From: Dendrobates tinctorius
Lineage: Eukaryota
NCBI RefSeq assembly: GCF_039654945.1
Contig: NW_027361690.1
Location: 19,654,001 to 19,718,000 of the forward strand
DNA length: 64,000 nucleotides
Reading direction: 5' to 3'
The translations under genes were made by a program, and so were the position numbers. Shown piece by piece: positions 53,583 through 64,000 of this stretch (the stretch's first letter is position 1; each line of letters starts with the position of its first letter). Below the pieces are notes generated by a model. The model was not told the origin of the DNA, searched no databases, and saw only the letters and a list, made by a program, of their open reading frames with translations.

Positions 53583-56500
53583 TTACTGCAGGTTATAGGC
53601 TTGTCGGAAGAGGTGGGTCTTCAGGCTCTTTTTGAAGGTTTCGATGGTAGGTGAGAGTCTGATATGTTGTGGTAGAGAGTTCCAGAGTAGGGGTGATGCG
53701 CGAGAGAAATCTTGTATGCGATTGTGGGAAGAGGAGATAAGAGGGGAGTAGAGAAGGAGATCTTGTGAGGATCGGAGGTTGCGTGCAGGAAAGTACCGGG
53801 AGACGAGGTCACAGATGTATGGAGGAGACAAGTTGTGGATGGCTTTGTATGTCATGGTTAGGGTTTTGTAATGGAGTCTCTGGGCAATTGGGAGCCAGTG
53901 AAGGGATTGACAGAGGGGAGAAGCTGGGGAATAGCGGGGGGACAGGTGGATTAGTCGGGCAGCAGAGTTTAGAATAGATTGGAGGGGTGCGAGAGTGTTT
54001 GAGGGGAGGCCGCAGAGCATGAGGTTGCAGTAGTCAAGGCGAGAGATGATGAGGGCATGGACTAGGGTTTTTGCAGATTCTTGGGTGAGGAATGAACGGA
54101 TGCGTGAAATATTTTTGAGTTGAAGTCGGCAGGAAGTGGAAAGGGTTTGAATATGTGGTTTGAAGGAGAGATCAGCATCAAGGATTACTCCGAGGCAGCG
54201 AGCTTGTGGGACTGGGGAGAGTGGGCAGTCATTTACTGTAATTGATAGGTTCGTAGGGGGGGTCACGTGAGATGGGGGAAAGATGATGAATTCTGTTTTG
54301 TCCATGTTGAGTTTCAGATATCTAGTGGAGAAGAAGGATGAAATAGTGGACAGACATTGAGGGATTCTGGTTAGTAGGGAGGTGATATCTGGTCCAGAGA
54401 TGTAGATCTGTGTGTCATCAGCATAAAGATGATACTGAAAGCCATGAGATTCTATGAGCTGTCCCAGGCCAAAGGTGTAAATAGAGAACAGCAGGGGCCC
54501 TAGGACTGAACCTTGTGGGACTCCGACAGATAGGGGGCGAGGTGAGGAGGTGGTGTGTGAGTGGGAGACGCTGAATGTCCGGTCTGTTAGGTATGATGAG
54601 ATCCAGGAGAGGGCCAAGTCTGTGATGCCGAGGGATGAGAGGGTCTGTAATAATAGGGAATGGTCCACTGTGTCAAAGGCAGCCGACAGGTCCAGGAGGA
54701 GGAGGACAGAGTAGTGTCGCTTGCTCTTGGCAGTTATGAGGTCATTGGTGACCTTAGTAAGGGCAGTTTCAGTGGAGTGGTGTGACCGGAAGCCAGATTG
54801 TAAGCGGTCGAAGAGGGAGCAAGAAGAGAGATGGGAGGACAGTTCAAGGTAGACGTGTTGTTCCAGTAGCTTGGAGGCGTATGGGAGAAGTGATATAGGG
54901 CGATAGCTAGATACAGAGGATGGGTCAAGAGAGGGCTTTTTGAGGATAGGTGTGATGGAGGCATGTTTAAAGCTTGAGGGGAAAACACCAGTTGTTAGTG
55001 ATAGGTTGAAGAGATGGGTTAGGGTTGGGATGAAGACTGTGGTGAGGTTTGGGATGAAGTGGGATGGGATCGGGTCGAGTGCACAGGTGGTGAGATGTGA
55101 TCTTGAGAGTAGAGTGGAGAGTCGATCTTCTGTAATGGTGGAGAAGTTGGTTTTGAAGGTGGAGGGCTGGGAAGTCGGGAGGAAGGGCTCTGGGGGTTGT
55201 TGACCAAAACTGTCCCTGATGTTATCAATTTTCTGCTTGAAAAATGAGGCAAAGTCTTCAGCTGAGATGAGTGGGGAGGGAGGAGGTGCTGGGGGGCGGA
55301 GGAGAGAATTGAAGGTGTTGAATAACTGTTTAGGGTTGTGAGACAGGGAGGATATGAGAGATGAGAAGTAGGTTTGTTTAGCTGTGGCGAGTGTGGTCTT
55401 GAAAGTAGTGAGGGACTGTTTGAATGCGATGAAATGCTCGTTGGAGTGGGATCTTTTCCATCTGCGCTCAGCAGCCCTGGAAGCTCGCCTCAGCTCTTTG
55501 GTCAGGCTGGTGTGCCAGGGCTGTCTGTTGATTTTGCGAGTTTTGGTATGTGTAAGTGGGGCAGCGGATTCCAAAGCTACAGCTATTGTGGTGTTATATA
55601 GAGCGGCAGCGTCATCCGCATTGTGTAAGGAACTTATATCTGTAAGAGGGAGGAGGGATTCGGAGAATGAGTGTAGGTCAAGGTGTTTAAGATTCCTGCG
55701 AGGGTGTGAAAGTTTGTGGGGTGGGGATTGTAGACATGGAGTGAAGAGGGAGGAGAATGTGAGCAGGTTGTGGTCAGAGAGAGGAAGAGGTGAGTTAGAG
55801 AGGTTAGATAGGGAGCAGAGGCGGGTGAAGATGAGGTCCAGTGTGTGGCCATCTTTGTGGGTGGCTGTAGAAGACCATTGAGTGAGGCCGAAGGAGGAAG
55901 TGAGAGATAGAAGTTTAGTGGCAGCTGAGAGGGAAGTGTCAATGGGGATGTTGAAGTCGCCCATGATGATAGTAGGGATGTCCGCGGAAAGGAAATGAAG
56001 TAACCAGGTGGTGAAGTGGTCAAAGAAGGTGGTGGCTGGCCCTGGGGGGCGGTAGATGACAGCCAGTTGGAGGTTGGAGGGGGAGTAGATGCGCACAGAG
56101 TGCACCTCAAAGGAAGGGAGGGTAACAGAGGGTGGCAGTGGGATTGGGGTGAAGGAGCAGGTATCTGACAGGAGAAAACCAACTCCTCCACCATGTTTGC
56201 TGCTGGGGCGGGGGGTTTGAGAAAGGTGGAAGCCGCCATACGAAAGTGCAGCAGGAGAGGCTGTGTCAGAAGGGGTGAGCCAGGTTTCGGTGATGGCGAG
56301 GAAGGAGAGTTTGGTAGTAACAAAAAGATCATGGATGTAGGAAAGCTTGTTGCAGACAGAGCGAGCGTTCCACAGAGCTCCTGTTAGTGGGACTGGGGAA
56401 GCGGGGGCTGGGTGAATGGGTATAAGGTTGGAGAGGTTACGGAAGGTTGTGATAGAGCGTGGATGGGAGGTAGAAATGACTGTGGGAATGTGGTGAGGAG

Positions 56501-56759
56501 GACCAGGATTTGGAGAGATATCACCAGCAGTGAGAAGGAGCAGAGAAAGTGTTACCAGGTGGGAGCAGGAGAGGGCATGAGGGGGCTGTCTGTGTTTGGA
56601 GACAGAGGATTGTATGTTAAGGAACAGTTTTGAGGCGGAGGTGAGGTGGATGGGGAGGATTGAAGAAGAGATGAACAGTTCCTTACTAGGAGTAGGGATT
56701 AGGGGAATTAGCAGAAAGTGAAGGATTATTGGGGTGAAAGTGAAAACAAACAGAAACAT
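53583..56759 (-). CDS. L2 APE endonuclease-reverse transcriptase, intact 1058 aa, with N-terminal 2A-like motif
   Basis: WNARS, ITETWL, GDFN, SDH; [24 protein letters not shown]; GDISPNPGP. Confidence 0.95.
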   Translation of the reverse strand: MFLFVFTFTPIILHFLLIPLIPTPSKELFISSSILPIHLTSASKLFLNIQSSVSKHRQPPHALSCSHLVTLSLLLLTAGDISPNPGPPHHIPTVISTSHPRSITTFRNLSNLIPIHPAPASPVPLTGALWNARSVCNKLSYIHDLFVTTKLSFLAITETWLTPSDTASPAALSYGGFHLSQTPRPSSKHGGGVGFLLSDTCSFTPIPLPPSVTLPSFEVHSVRIYSPSNLQLAVIYRPPGPATTFFDHFTTWLLHFLSADIPTIIMGDFNIPIDTSLSAATKLLSLTSSFGLTQWSSTATHKDGHTLDLIFTRLCSLSNLSNSPLPLSDHNLLTFSSLFTPCLQSPPHKLSHPRRNLKHLDLHSFSESLLPLTDISSLHNADDAAALYNTTIAVALESAAPLTHTKTRKINRQPWHTSLTKELRRASRAAERRWKRSHSNEHFIAFKQSLTTFKTTLATAKQTYFSSLISSLSHNPKQLFNTFNSLLRPPAPPPSPLISAEDFASFFKQKIDNIRDSFGQQPPEPFLPTSQPSTFKTNFSTITEDRLSTLLSRSHLTTCALDPIPSHFIPNLTTVFIPTLTHLFNLSLTTGVFPSSFKHASITPILKKPSLDPSSVSSYRPISLLPYASKLLEQHVYLELSSHLSSCSLFDRLQSGFRSHHSTETALTKVTNDLITAKSKRHYSVLLLLDLSAAFDTVDHSLLLQTLSSLGITDLALSWISSYLTDRTFSVSHSHTTSSPRPLSVGVPQGSVLGPLLFSIYTFGLGQLIESHGFQYHLYADDTQIYISGPDITSLLTRIPQCLSTISSFFSTRYLKLNMDKTEFIIFPPSHVTPPTNLSITVNDCPLSPVPQARCLGVILDADLSFKPHIQTLSTSCRLQLKNISRIRSFLTQESAKTLVHALIISRLDYCNLMLCGLPSNTLAPLQSILNSAARLIHLSPRYSPASPLCQSLHWLPIAQRLHYKTLTMTYKAIHNLSPPYICDLVSRYFPARNLRSSQDLLLYSPLISSSHNRIQDFSRASPLLWNSLPQHIRLSPTIETFKKSLKTHLFRQAYNLQ

Positions 56760-57059
56760 TGTTTACAGTGACTGTGTCCAGTTACCTTCAGTTCCCTTCT
56801 GGTTCAATTCTGGTTTTAATTCTTAAATTAATCTTCACACTTCTAGCACACACTTATAGCAATCACAATGCAGACTGAAGTCTATGCAGACTTGTACTCT
56901 GCAATATATGTACAACTAAGTGCAGTCAGGTGTGAAGCAGAGAGGAGTGGTCTCTGCTCATCTTGGCCAGACAATTAAGAGTGGACCAGATGTATATGAT
57001 CAAGCCAGAGTAAACAAGGTCATAAATAACACTGGGGTAAGCTGGGGTTAGCTGAAAGG

Positions 57060-57435
57060 CATACCATGTGAATGCTAGGTGCAGAGGCAAGTCTATGTGC
57101 AAAGCTGGGTGATGCACTGTGTGTCCTTCATAGACAGACAGCAGGAGAGCAGGAGAGCTGGGTGGATGGACATACCATGTGAATGCTAGGTGCAGAGGCA
57201 AGTCTATGTGCAAAGCTGGGTGACGCACTGTGTGTCCTTCATAGACAGACAGCAGGAGAGCAGGAGAGCTGGGTGGATGGACATACCATGTGAATGCTAG
57301 GTGCAGAGGCAAGTCTATGTGCAAAGCTGGGTGACGCACTGTGTGTCCTTCATAGACAGACAGCAGGAGAGCAGGAGAGCTGGGTGGATGGACATACCAT
57401 GTGAATGCTAGGTGCAGAGGCAAGTCTATGTGCAA
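57060..57435. repeat. 111-bp tandem repeats (~3.4 copies) in the L2 5' UTR
   Basis: cataccatgtg at 57060, 57171, 57282 and 57393. Confidence 0.93.
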
Positions 57436-58036
57436 GTCTATGTACTTCACACATAGCGAGATCCTTAGCGAGATCGCTGAAACATCACAGATTTTGTGAC
57501 ACAACAGCGACCTCGCCTGCGATCTCGCTACGTGTGACACATAGCGGCGACCGGCCCCTGCTGCGATATCGCTGATCATGCTCGAATGTCCTAGGCCATT
57601 CTTTGATCTTTGGTGTCCCGCTGGCCAGCATGCATCGCTGTGTTTGACATCATAACAACGACGAGCGACCTCGTTGGTGACTCAGAACTCAGGAATGCAG
57701 GCGTGATTTTGCTTTGTCTTTTCAACGCCCCCTCAGCTCCGATTGGTGATCTCAAATTAGGATCTTTGTAGCGTTTCCTTTTATAGGTCAGCTACTAATT
57801 ATATGCAATCATAACATTGTGTGTCCCTGTGTCAGTAACTGTGGATCCACGAATAAAATAGCGCACTAGAGACTCAGACAGGGACGCTGAAGCAAACCGC
57901 GTAGTGATAGCGCAGTAGTGGCCACCAATCGGAGCAGAGGGGCATGGAAAAGGCAACGCTAAAGCATGCCTATCGAGGTCTGAGTCATTAAAATGACGAA
58001 ACAATCACTGGCCTCAGGGAGACCAGTCAAAGAAAA

Positions 58037-61020
58037 GGGAAGGGAAGCAAAAGACCAGAAAAAGCCATACACCTGACAAATGCTATTGAGAACTCTGCTA
58101 TTAGAAGTGGAAAGGAAGAACAAAGACAAAAGAATCTAATTAATAAAAATATTGGAGAAAGAGAAACCAATCACAAACTAAAATGTTTCTATACTAATGC
58201 ACAAAGCATGGGCAACAAACAAGGAGAATTGGAAATACTAACACAGGAAAAGAAATATGATGTCATTGGAATCACTGAAACTTAGTGGGACAATACACAT
58301 GATTGGAATACAAGACTAGAAGGATACAACTTATTTGCAAGAAACAGACTTGATAAACGAGGAGGGGGTGTCGCATTGTATGTTAGAAACGCGTATATCT
58401 GCACAGAGATTGACGCTTCAGAGACTGGGAGTTCTGTGGAAACTGGGCAAGAATACAAGGACAGACCAATGGAAAGGACACCATTGTAGGCATTTACTAC
58501 AGGCCGCCTGTGCAAGCTGAAGACATGTATGAACTCTTTTTGCATCAAATGGCCAAGTTCTCCAAAAAATATGACATAGTTGTCATGGGAGATTTCAACT
58601 ATCCAGACATTTGTTGGGAATCTCTCTCAGGCAAAACTAACAGGTCAAGGAAATTCTTATCCTCTCTTGCTGACAACTTTATCTTCCAAAAGGTAGGGGA
58701 GAAAACAAGGGGAACTGCTACCTTGGATCTAATCCTCATAAACAGGGAGGAAATGGTTGAGGAGGTAAAAGTGGCTGGGACCCTAGGAGGTAGCGACCAT
58801 GCTATTTTAGAATTTTGGATAACTAGAGGAGGAAGACCTGTGAAGACTCAGACGTCAAGGTTAGATTTCAGAAAGGCAGATTTTAAGGGATTCAGAAAGA
58901 GAATTGGAGGGATCCAATGGATGGATATCCTTAAAGACAAAAATGTCCAGGAAGGATGGGAAATCTTGAAAAATGAAATTCTCAAAGCACAATTGTTAAC
59001 AATTCCGAAAAGAGGGAAGAATAGGAAGCATTTAAGGAAGCCAGGATGGATGAACACAGAAATTAAGCACATGCTAAAAAGGAAGAAAAAAATGTTTATA
59101 AGTTTATAAAATGGAAAGAGGGAGGCATATCTAAAGAAGAATATAATGCTGTCTGCAGAACCTGCAGGGCACAAATCAGATTATCTAAAGCTGACAATGA
59201 ATTGAGGCTTGCAAGAGATGTCAAAAGCAATAATAAAGGTTTTTGGGGGTATGTCAAAAGTAAAAGAAAAGTCAAAGATGCTATAGGATTTTTACAGGAT
59301 GAAAATGATGAAATGGTAAGACAGGATGTTGAGAAGGCCGAACTTTTAAATTCCTATTTTGCATCTGTTTTCTCTCAGAAAGGAAATGTAACATCAACTG
59401 TTCTTCACTGTCCTATTAAGGGAATTGAAGAATCCAGGATATCTATAAACAGAAAGATAGTGAGGAAACACTTAGCTAACCTAAATGAATTCAAGTCTCC
59501 AGGTCCAGATGAATTACACCCCAGAGTACTGAAGGAGATAGCAGAAGAAATTTTTGAACCCCTCTCCATAATCTTTGAAAATTCTTGGAGAACAGGAGAA
59601 GTCCCAGAAGACTGGAGAAGAGCAAATGTTGTTCCTATCTTCAAAAAGGGAAAGAAGGTGGACCCAGGCAACTATAGGCCGGTGAGTCTGACTTCTATAC
59701 CAGGAAAGATCTTTGAACAAATTATTAAACAACATGTATGTCAGTACCTGGATAAGAATGAAGTGATTAAACAGAGTCAGCATGGGTTTGTAACTAATAA
59801 GTCATGTCAGACTAACTTAATTTCCTTCTATGATGGAATCACTGATTGGGTGGATCAAGGAAATGCTGTAGATATAGTATATCTTGACTTCAGCAAAGCA
59901 TTTGACAAAGTATCTCATACAATCCTTATTGAAAAAATGACTAAGTATGGAATGGACAAGGCAACTGTTAGGTGGATTCATAACTGGCTTAGTGATCGGA
60001 CCCAAAGAGTGGTCGTAAATGGCTACACATCCAGTTGGAAGAATGTCTCAAGTGGGGTACCACAGGGCTCTGTCCTGGGCCCTGTATTGTTCAACATCTT
60101 TATCAACGATTTAGATGAAGGAATTGAGGGTAAACTGATTAAATTTGCTGATGACACAAAGCTAGGAGGGATAGCTAATACTAGAGAAGAGAGAGAGAGG
60201 ATTCAAAAAGATATAAATAAACTGGAGAAGTGGGCAGCAACTAACAAAATGGGTTTTAACAGGGAAAAATGCAAAGTACTACATCTGGGCAATAAAAATG
60301 AAAAAAAGTATATACAGAATGGGAGGAATAGGGCTAAACAACAGCACATGTGAAAAAGACTTGGGTATACTAATAGATCACAGACTGAATATGAGTCAAC
60401 AGTGTGATGCAGCAGCAAAAAAGGCAAATGCAATTCTAGGATGTATTAACAGAAGCATACAGTCTAGATCGCGTGAAGTCATTATTTCCCTCTACTCCTC
60501 TTTGGTCAGACCTCATCTGGAATATTGTGTCCAGTTTTGGGCACCACATTTTAAAAAAGACATCAACAAACTGGAGCAAGTTCAGAAAAGAGCGACCAGA
60601 ATGGTGACCGGTCTGCAAACCCTGTCTTATGAGGAAAGGTTGCAGGATTTGGGAATGTTTAGTTTGCAAAAGAGAAGACTGAGAGGAGACTTAATAGCTG
60701 TCTACAAATATCTAAAGGACTGTCACATTGCAGAAGGATCAACTTTATTCTCATTTGCACAAGGAAAGACTAGAAGCAATGGGATGAAACTAAATGGGAG
60801 GAGACACAGATTAGATATTAGAAAAAACTTTTTGACAGTTAGAGTGATCAATGAGTGGAACAAGCTGCCACGAGAAGTGGTGAGTTCTCCTTCAATGGAA
60901 GTCTTCAAACAGAGGCTGGACAGACATCTGACTGGGATGATTTAGCGAATCCTGCTTTGAGCAGGGGGTTGGACCAGATGGCCCAGGAGGTCCCTTCCAA
61001 CTCTACGATTCTATGATTCT
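58037..61020 (+). mobile_element. CR1 LINE with near-complete, frameshifted ORF2
   Basis: [34 protein letters not shown]; ATTCTATGATTCT tail. Confidence 0.96.
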
Positions 61021-61287
61021 GCAGCAGTCGGCAAAGGCGCTCAATCAGTGAAATCCTAGGTGCATTGCACCCTGGGAAATACGAATATGCAAATAAAATC
61101 TGTGGAGCCTCATTTAAGAGTCTCAAACACAGGACTAGCCAGATCTTCCTCCAGGGAAGGACCCAGCCAAGGAGTGGCTCCTTTCGGAAACCACCATTGC
61201 CACCATATTAAGTGGCCCTTTAAGTCAATATCCAGTTCTTTACGAGTTTACAGATATCACAAGGGAAATACCAAGGCCAGGTATCCA

Positions 61288-61331
61288 TCCACAGACAGCT
61301 GTTTCGGGGTGTTTCCCCTCATCAGTGTGGA
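61288..61331 (-). ncRNA. Type I hammerhead ribozyme
   Basis: UCCACA CUGAUGA GGGG AAACA CCCC GAAAC AGCU GUC^ UGUGGA. Complete core; predicted cleavage between 61294 and 61293. Confidence 0.92.
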
Positions 61332-61688
61332 ATAGGATTCTGGCTAGGTGGGAGCAATGCCTAGTAGACCAACATCACGAAACAATCACTGACCTCAGGG
61401 AGACCAGTCAAAGAAAACACTGCGGCAGCCGGCAAAGGCGCTCAATCAGTGAAATCCTAGGTGCATTGCTCCCTGGGAAATACGAATATGCAAATAAAAT
61501 CTGTGGAGCCTCATTTAAGAGTCTCAAACATGGGACTAGCCAGATCTTCCTCCAGGGAAGGACCCAGCCAAGGAGTGGCTCCTTTCGGAAACCACCATTG
61601 CCACCATATTAAGTGGCCCTTTAAGTCAATATCCAGCTCTTTACGAGTTTACAGATATGACAAGGGAAATACCAAGGCCAGGTATCCA

Positions 61689-61732
61689 TCCACAGACAGC
61701 TGTTTCAGGGTGTTGCCCCTCATCAGTGTGGA
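61689..61732 (-). ncRNA. Type I hammerhead ribozyme, second copy
   Basis: Same fold; stem II GGGG CAACA CCCU, with G-U at the core-proximal pair. Confidence 0.85.
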
Positions 61733-62170
61733 GTAGGATTCTGGCTAGGTGGGAGCAATGCCTAGTAGACCAACATCACAAAACAATCACTGACCTCAGG
61801 GAGACCAGTCAAAGAAAACACTGCGGCAGCCGGCAAAGGCGCTCAATCAGTGAAATCCTAGGTGCATTGCTCCCTGGGAAATACGAATATGCGAGTCGTT
61901 AGAATAGCTGCTGTGTGACAAGGTCCCAACGACCGCTGAGGTCGTTTTACGGATCGCCGTATCGTTGCTGCATTGTTGAGTAGATCTTCCTGTTTGACAA
62001 CTTACTAGAGACCATGTAGCGATGTACCAGCGATCCTTACAAGGTCGTATCGTTGTCAGGATCGCTGGAGCATCGCTATGTGTAACGGGACCCTTACAGT
62101 AGTGCAGGAAGTGGTGTACGGCGTAGTTCAACAAGATGGTTTGACACTGTGAGGAGAAGAGTGGTGCACG

Positions 62171-64000
62171 TGTAGGGAAGGTGACCTGACGGACGGACGG
62201 ACTAGTCAGAGTGAAGAAAGATAGGTTTGCACAGTGTAGGTAGGAGACAGTGATTACAGTGGGGAAACAACTAGAAAAGTGTAGTGGACGTGCAGTACCT
62301 TGGGATGACCATTAGATGGCAGGGTGGAGTGTGAGTAAAGGACTTTACAGCAGCTTAGGGCTTTAGAAACCGTTGGTCATGGGGGGCGTGGTGACAGTTA
62401 GTGACAGTTTCAAGGAACCGGGGAAGTTATAAATTCTGAGGGAGGGTTCCAGAAGGTTCCAGTCCCCAGGGGGAGCTCAGGTGACAGGAGGACTTCGCCA
62501 GTCTGTGTGCCCTGAGGAGAATCCGACCAAGGGGACTGAGGAGAGGAAACGTCAGGGGGTGGTCCTGACAGAAAGATACCGCAGAAGAGACGAGGCAGTG
62601 AGTGCCATATACCGTATTTGACACGACGACTGACCAGTGAAAGCGCTGTTGGTTATTGGGCCTAGGGCGGCCACAGTGGCGGACCTGTCAGGAGCGTCGA
62701 ACAAGTGAAGGAGGGACAGTACGCATATGTACGTCCCTATTGTAAAAGTACGGTGTGTAAACGGCTCTGGAAACGGAGGGCCGATAAGTGAAGAAACGTG
62801 CGGTGTGCTGCGGAGGCCGTCAGGCGGACGGCAAGTAATGAAATAAACTTGGACCTGTTGCACCCAGAATCTGCCTCATCGTGTCTCTGTTTATCATCTC
62901 TGCGCGGTAAGAAGAGGGACCACCCCCCCCAGCTCGGCACCCCACCACCAACCCTACATTTGGCGTAGTCGGCAGGATCGCCGCCGCTAATACGCTATCT
63001 TCTGCGGCAGGCCTGCAACTGAAGGACTGAGGAAAACTTGGACTGCTCTATTTCGGATTATAAACACCTGTGGACTAAAAATTACTGACCTGTGGATTAC
63101 AAATTGGGACGCTGTGTCGGATCTGTGTTGCTTGCAGAGGATCCAAGGCAGTAGCTGATTCTGCCCAAGATGGCGGTATTACTTCAGCGCAGAGGAGAGG
63201 TCCGGGTGTTTGCAGTTGTTCAGAATGGACTGGGACCCCCTCCAACGTACCCCAAAAGGAAGCAATATATGCCCGGAGACCGACGTTTCCATATATTGGA
63301 CCCTGGCAGATGGATGGAAAGGTCTGCCAACGCCCCACCCAGCAGGAGGAGTGGCACAGAAGAAAAACTTGGCTGCGGCTGTCTGACGCCATTCGAGTGC
63401 TGCCCAACGGACGGTATGAGATGCTGCGGGTGTCGGGGCATCGGCCGCCTAGAGTGGCAATGGCGGCGAGAGATGGAGCTGCACCAGAAGTCATCTTCAG
63501 ATTTACGGGCAGGCAGCGGGATGCTGAGCCAGGGAGCGGAGCCTGAGGGGAGTCAGCGAGAACGGCTGCCACCAATACCAGCAGAGGACTTCTCAGCGGA
63601 GCCCCCGAGTCTGGAGGGAAGGCCCGCAGGACAGTGGAGCAAGGAACGGAGGCTGCGGGGGAAACTGCGTGATGATGGAACGGAGGCCGCAGCGCCAGGG
63701 AAGGTGAGAGTACCCCCGGCCCTACCAGTGCCTCCGCAAGCGGCCCCCACCATTCTGCTGCAGCACGCGGCCCCCTGCGCACCGGAAGGCCTAGTTACCA
63801 CGGGCCCCGTGGTGTATGCAGAGCTGAGCGAGGTCCCCGCTCATGTCCCCGAACTACCCCGCCCGGAGTCACCAGTGCAGAGCTCACCCAAAGAAGATGC
63901 TGCTGCGCTTTCCCTGCTAATAGCAGCTGCATTGTTGAAATCGGCCGTTACTCCGACTCCGTTGGAAGTAGTGGATGCGGCCTGTCCTGAGGCCGCGGTT
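62171..64000 (+). mobile_element. 5' end of a Gypsy-like LTR retrotransposon (LTR ~62171-62958 and leader/degenerate gag)
   Basis: TGTAGGG...CCCTACA termini followed by a PBS. The LTR start is uncertain. Confidence 0.75.
62961..62978 (+). promoter_or_regulatory. Primer binding site, tRNA-Ser(AGA/TGA)
   Basis: TGGCGTAGTCGGCAGGAT is complementary to the tRNA-Ser 3' end ATCCTGCCGACTACG-CCA. Confidence 0.88.

Larger units (their letters stand above)
53352..57441 (-). mobile_element. Apparently full-length L2 LINE
   Basis: (TAA)n 3' tail, 6-bp TSD GTACTT (53346-53351, 57442-57447), intact ORF, 5' tandem repeats. Confidence 0.92.
57995..61892 (-). mobile_element. Hammerhead retrozyme-like tandem array (401-bp unit, ~2.3 copies), split by a CR1
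   Basis: Units at 61021, 61422 and 61823; left piece at 57996-58036; degenerate 13-bp TSD GAGTCATTAAAAT/GAGTCGTTAGAAT. Confidence 0.85.
53344..62093. mobile_element. PIF/Harbinger-like MITE split by L2, retrozyme and CR1 insertions
   Basis: Reconstructed left end GGGTACTTCACACATAGCGA versus right end TCGCTATGTGTAACGGGACCC. Flanks are TAA and TTA (not identical). Confidence 0.65.

Overview
Vertebrate genomic DNA, most likely anuran (frog), judged from its repeat repertoire: T2/Kolobok MITEs, Tc1, CR1, L2 and Penelope. It is almost entirely transposon- and satellite-derived. The only host-gene feature I can support is the first coding exon of fibrillin-1 (fbn1, minus strand, 38252-38092), so 1-38091 lies in a >38 kb intron and the right part is upstream. 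Elements include three Gypsy LTR retrotransposons, two solo LTRs, several Tc1 copies (two with open transposase frames), a full-length intact L2 with a 2A-like motif, CR1 copies, a fold-back Penelope element and many MITEs and minisatellites. The most interesting layer is small structured RNA. (i) Hammerhead ribozymes occur in the Penelope repeats and in a 401-bp tandem retrozyme-like insertion. (ii) Two otherwise largely dissimilar ~370-430 bp non-coding insertions (31591-31961 and 40905-41677), each flanked by a target duplication, share an ~80-nt motif with compensatory base changes and an HDV/CPEB3-like pseudoknot topology. This is a candidate non-hammerhead ribozyme/retrozyme family. All calls were made by eye and no searches were run.
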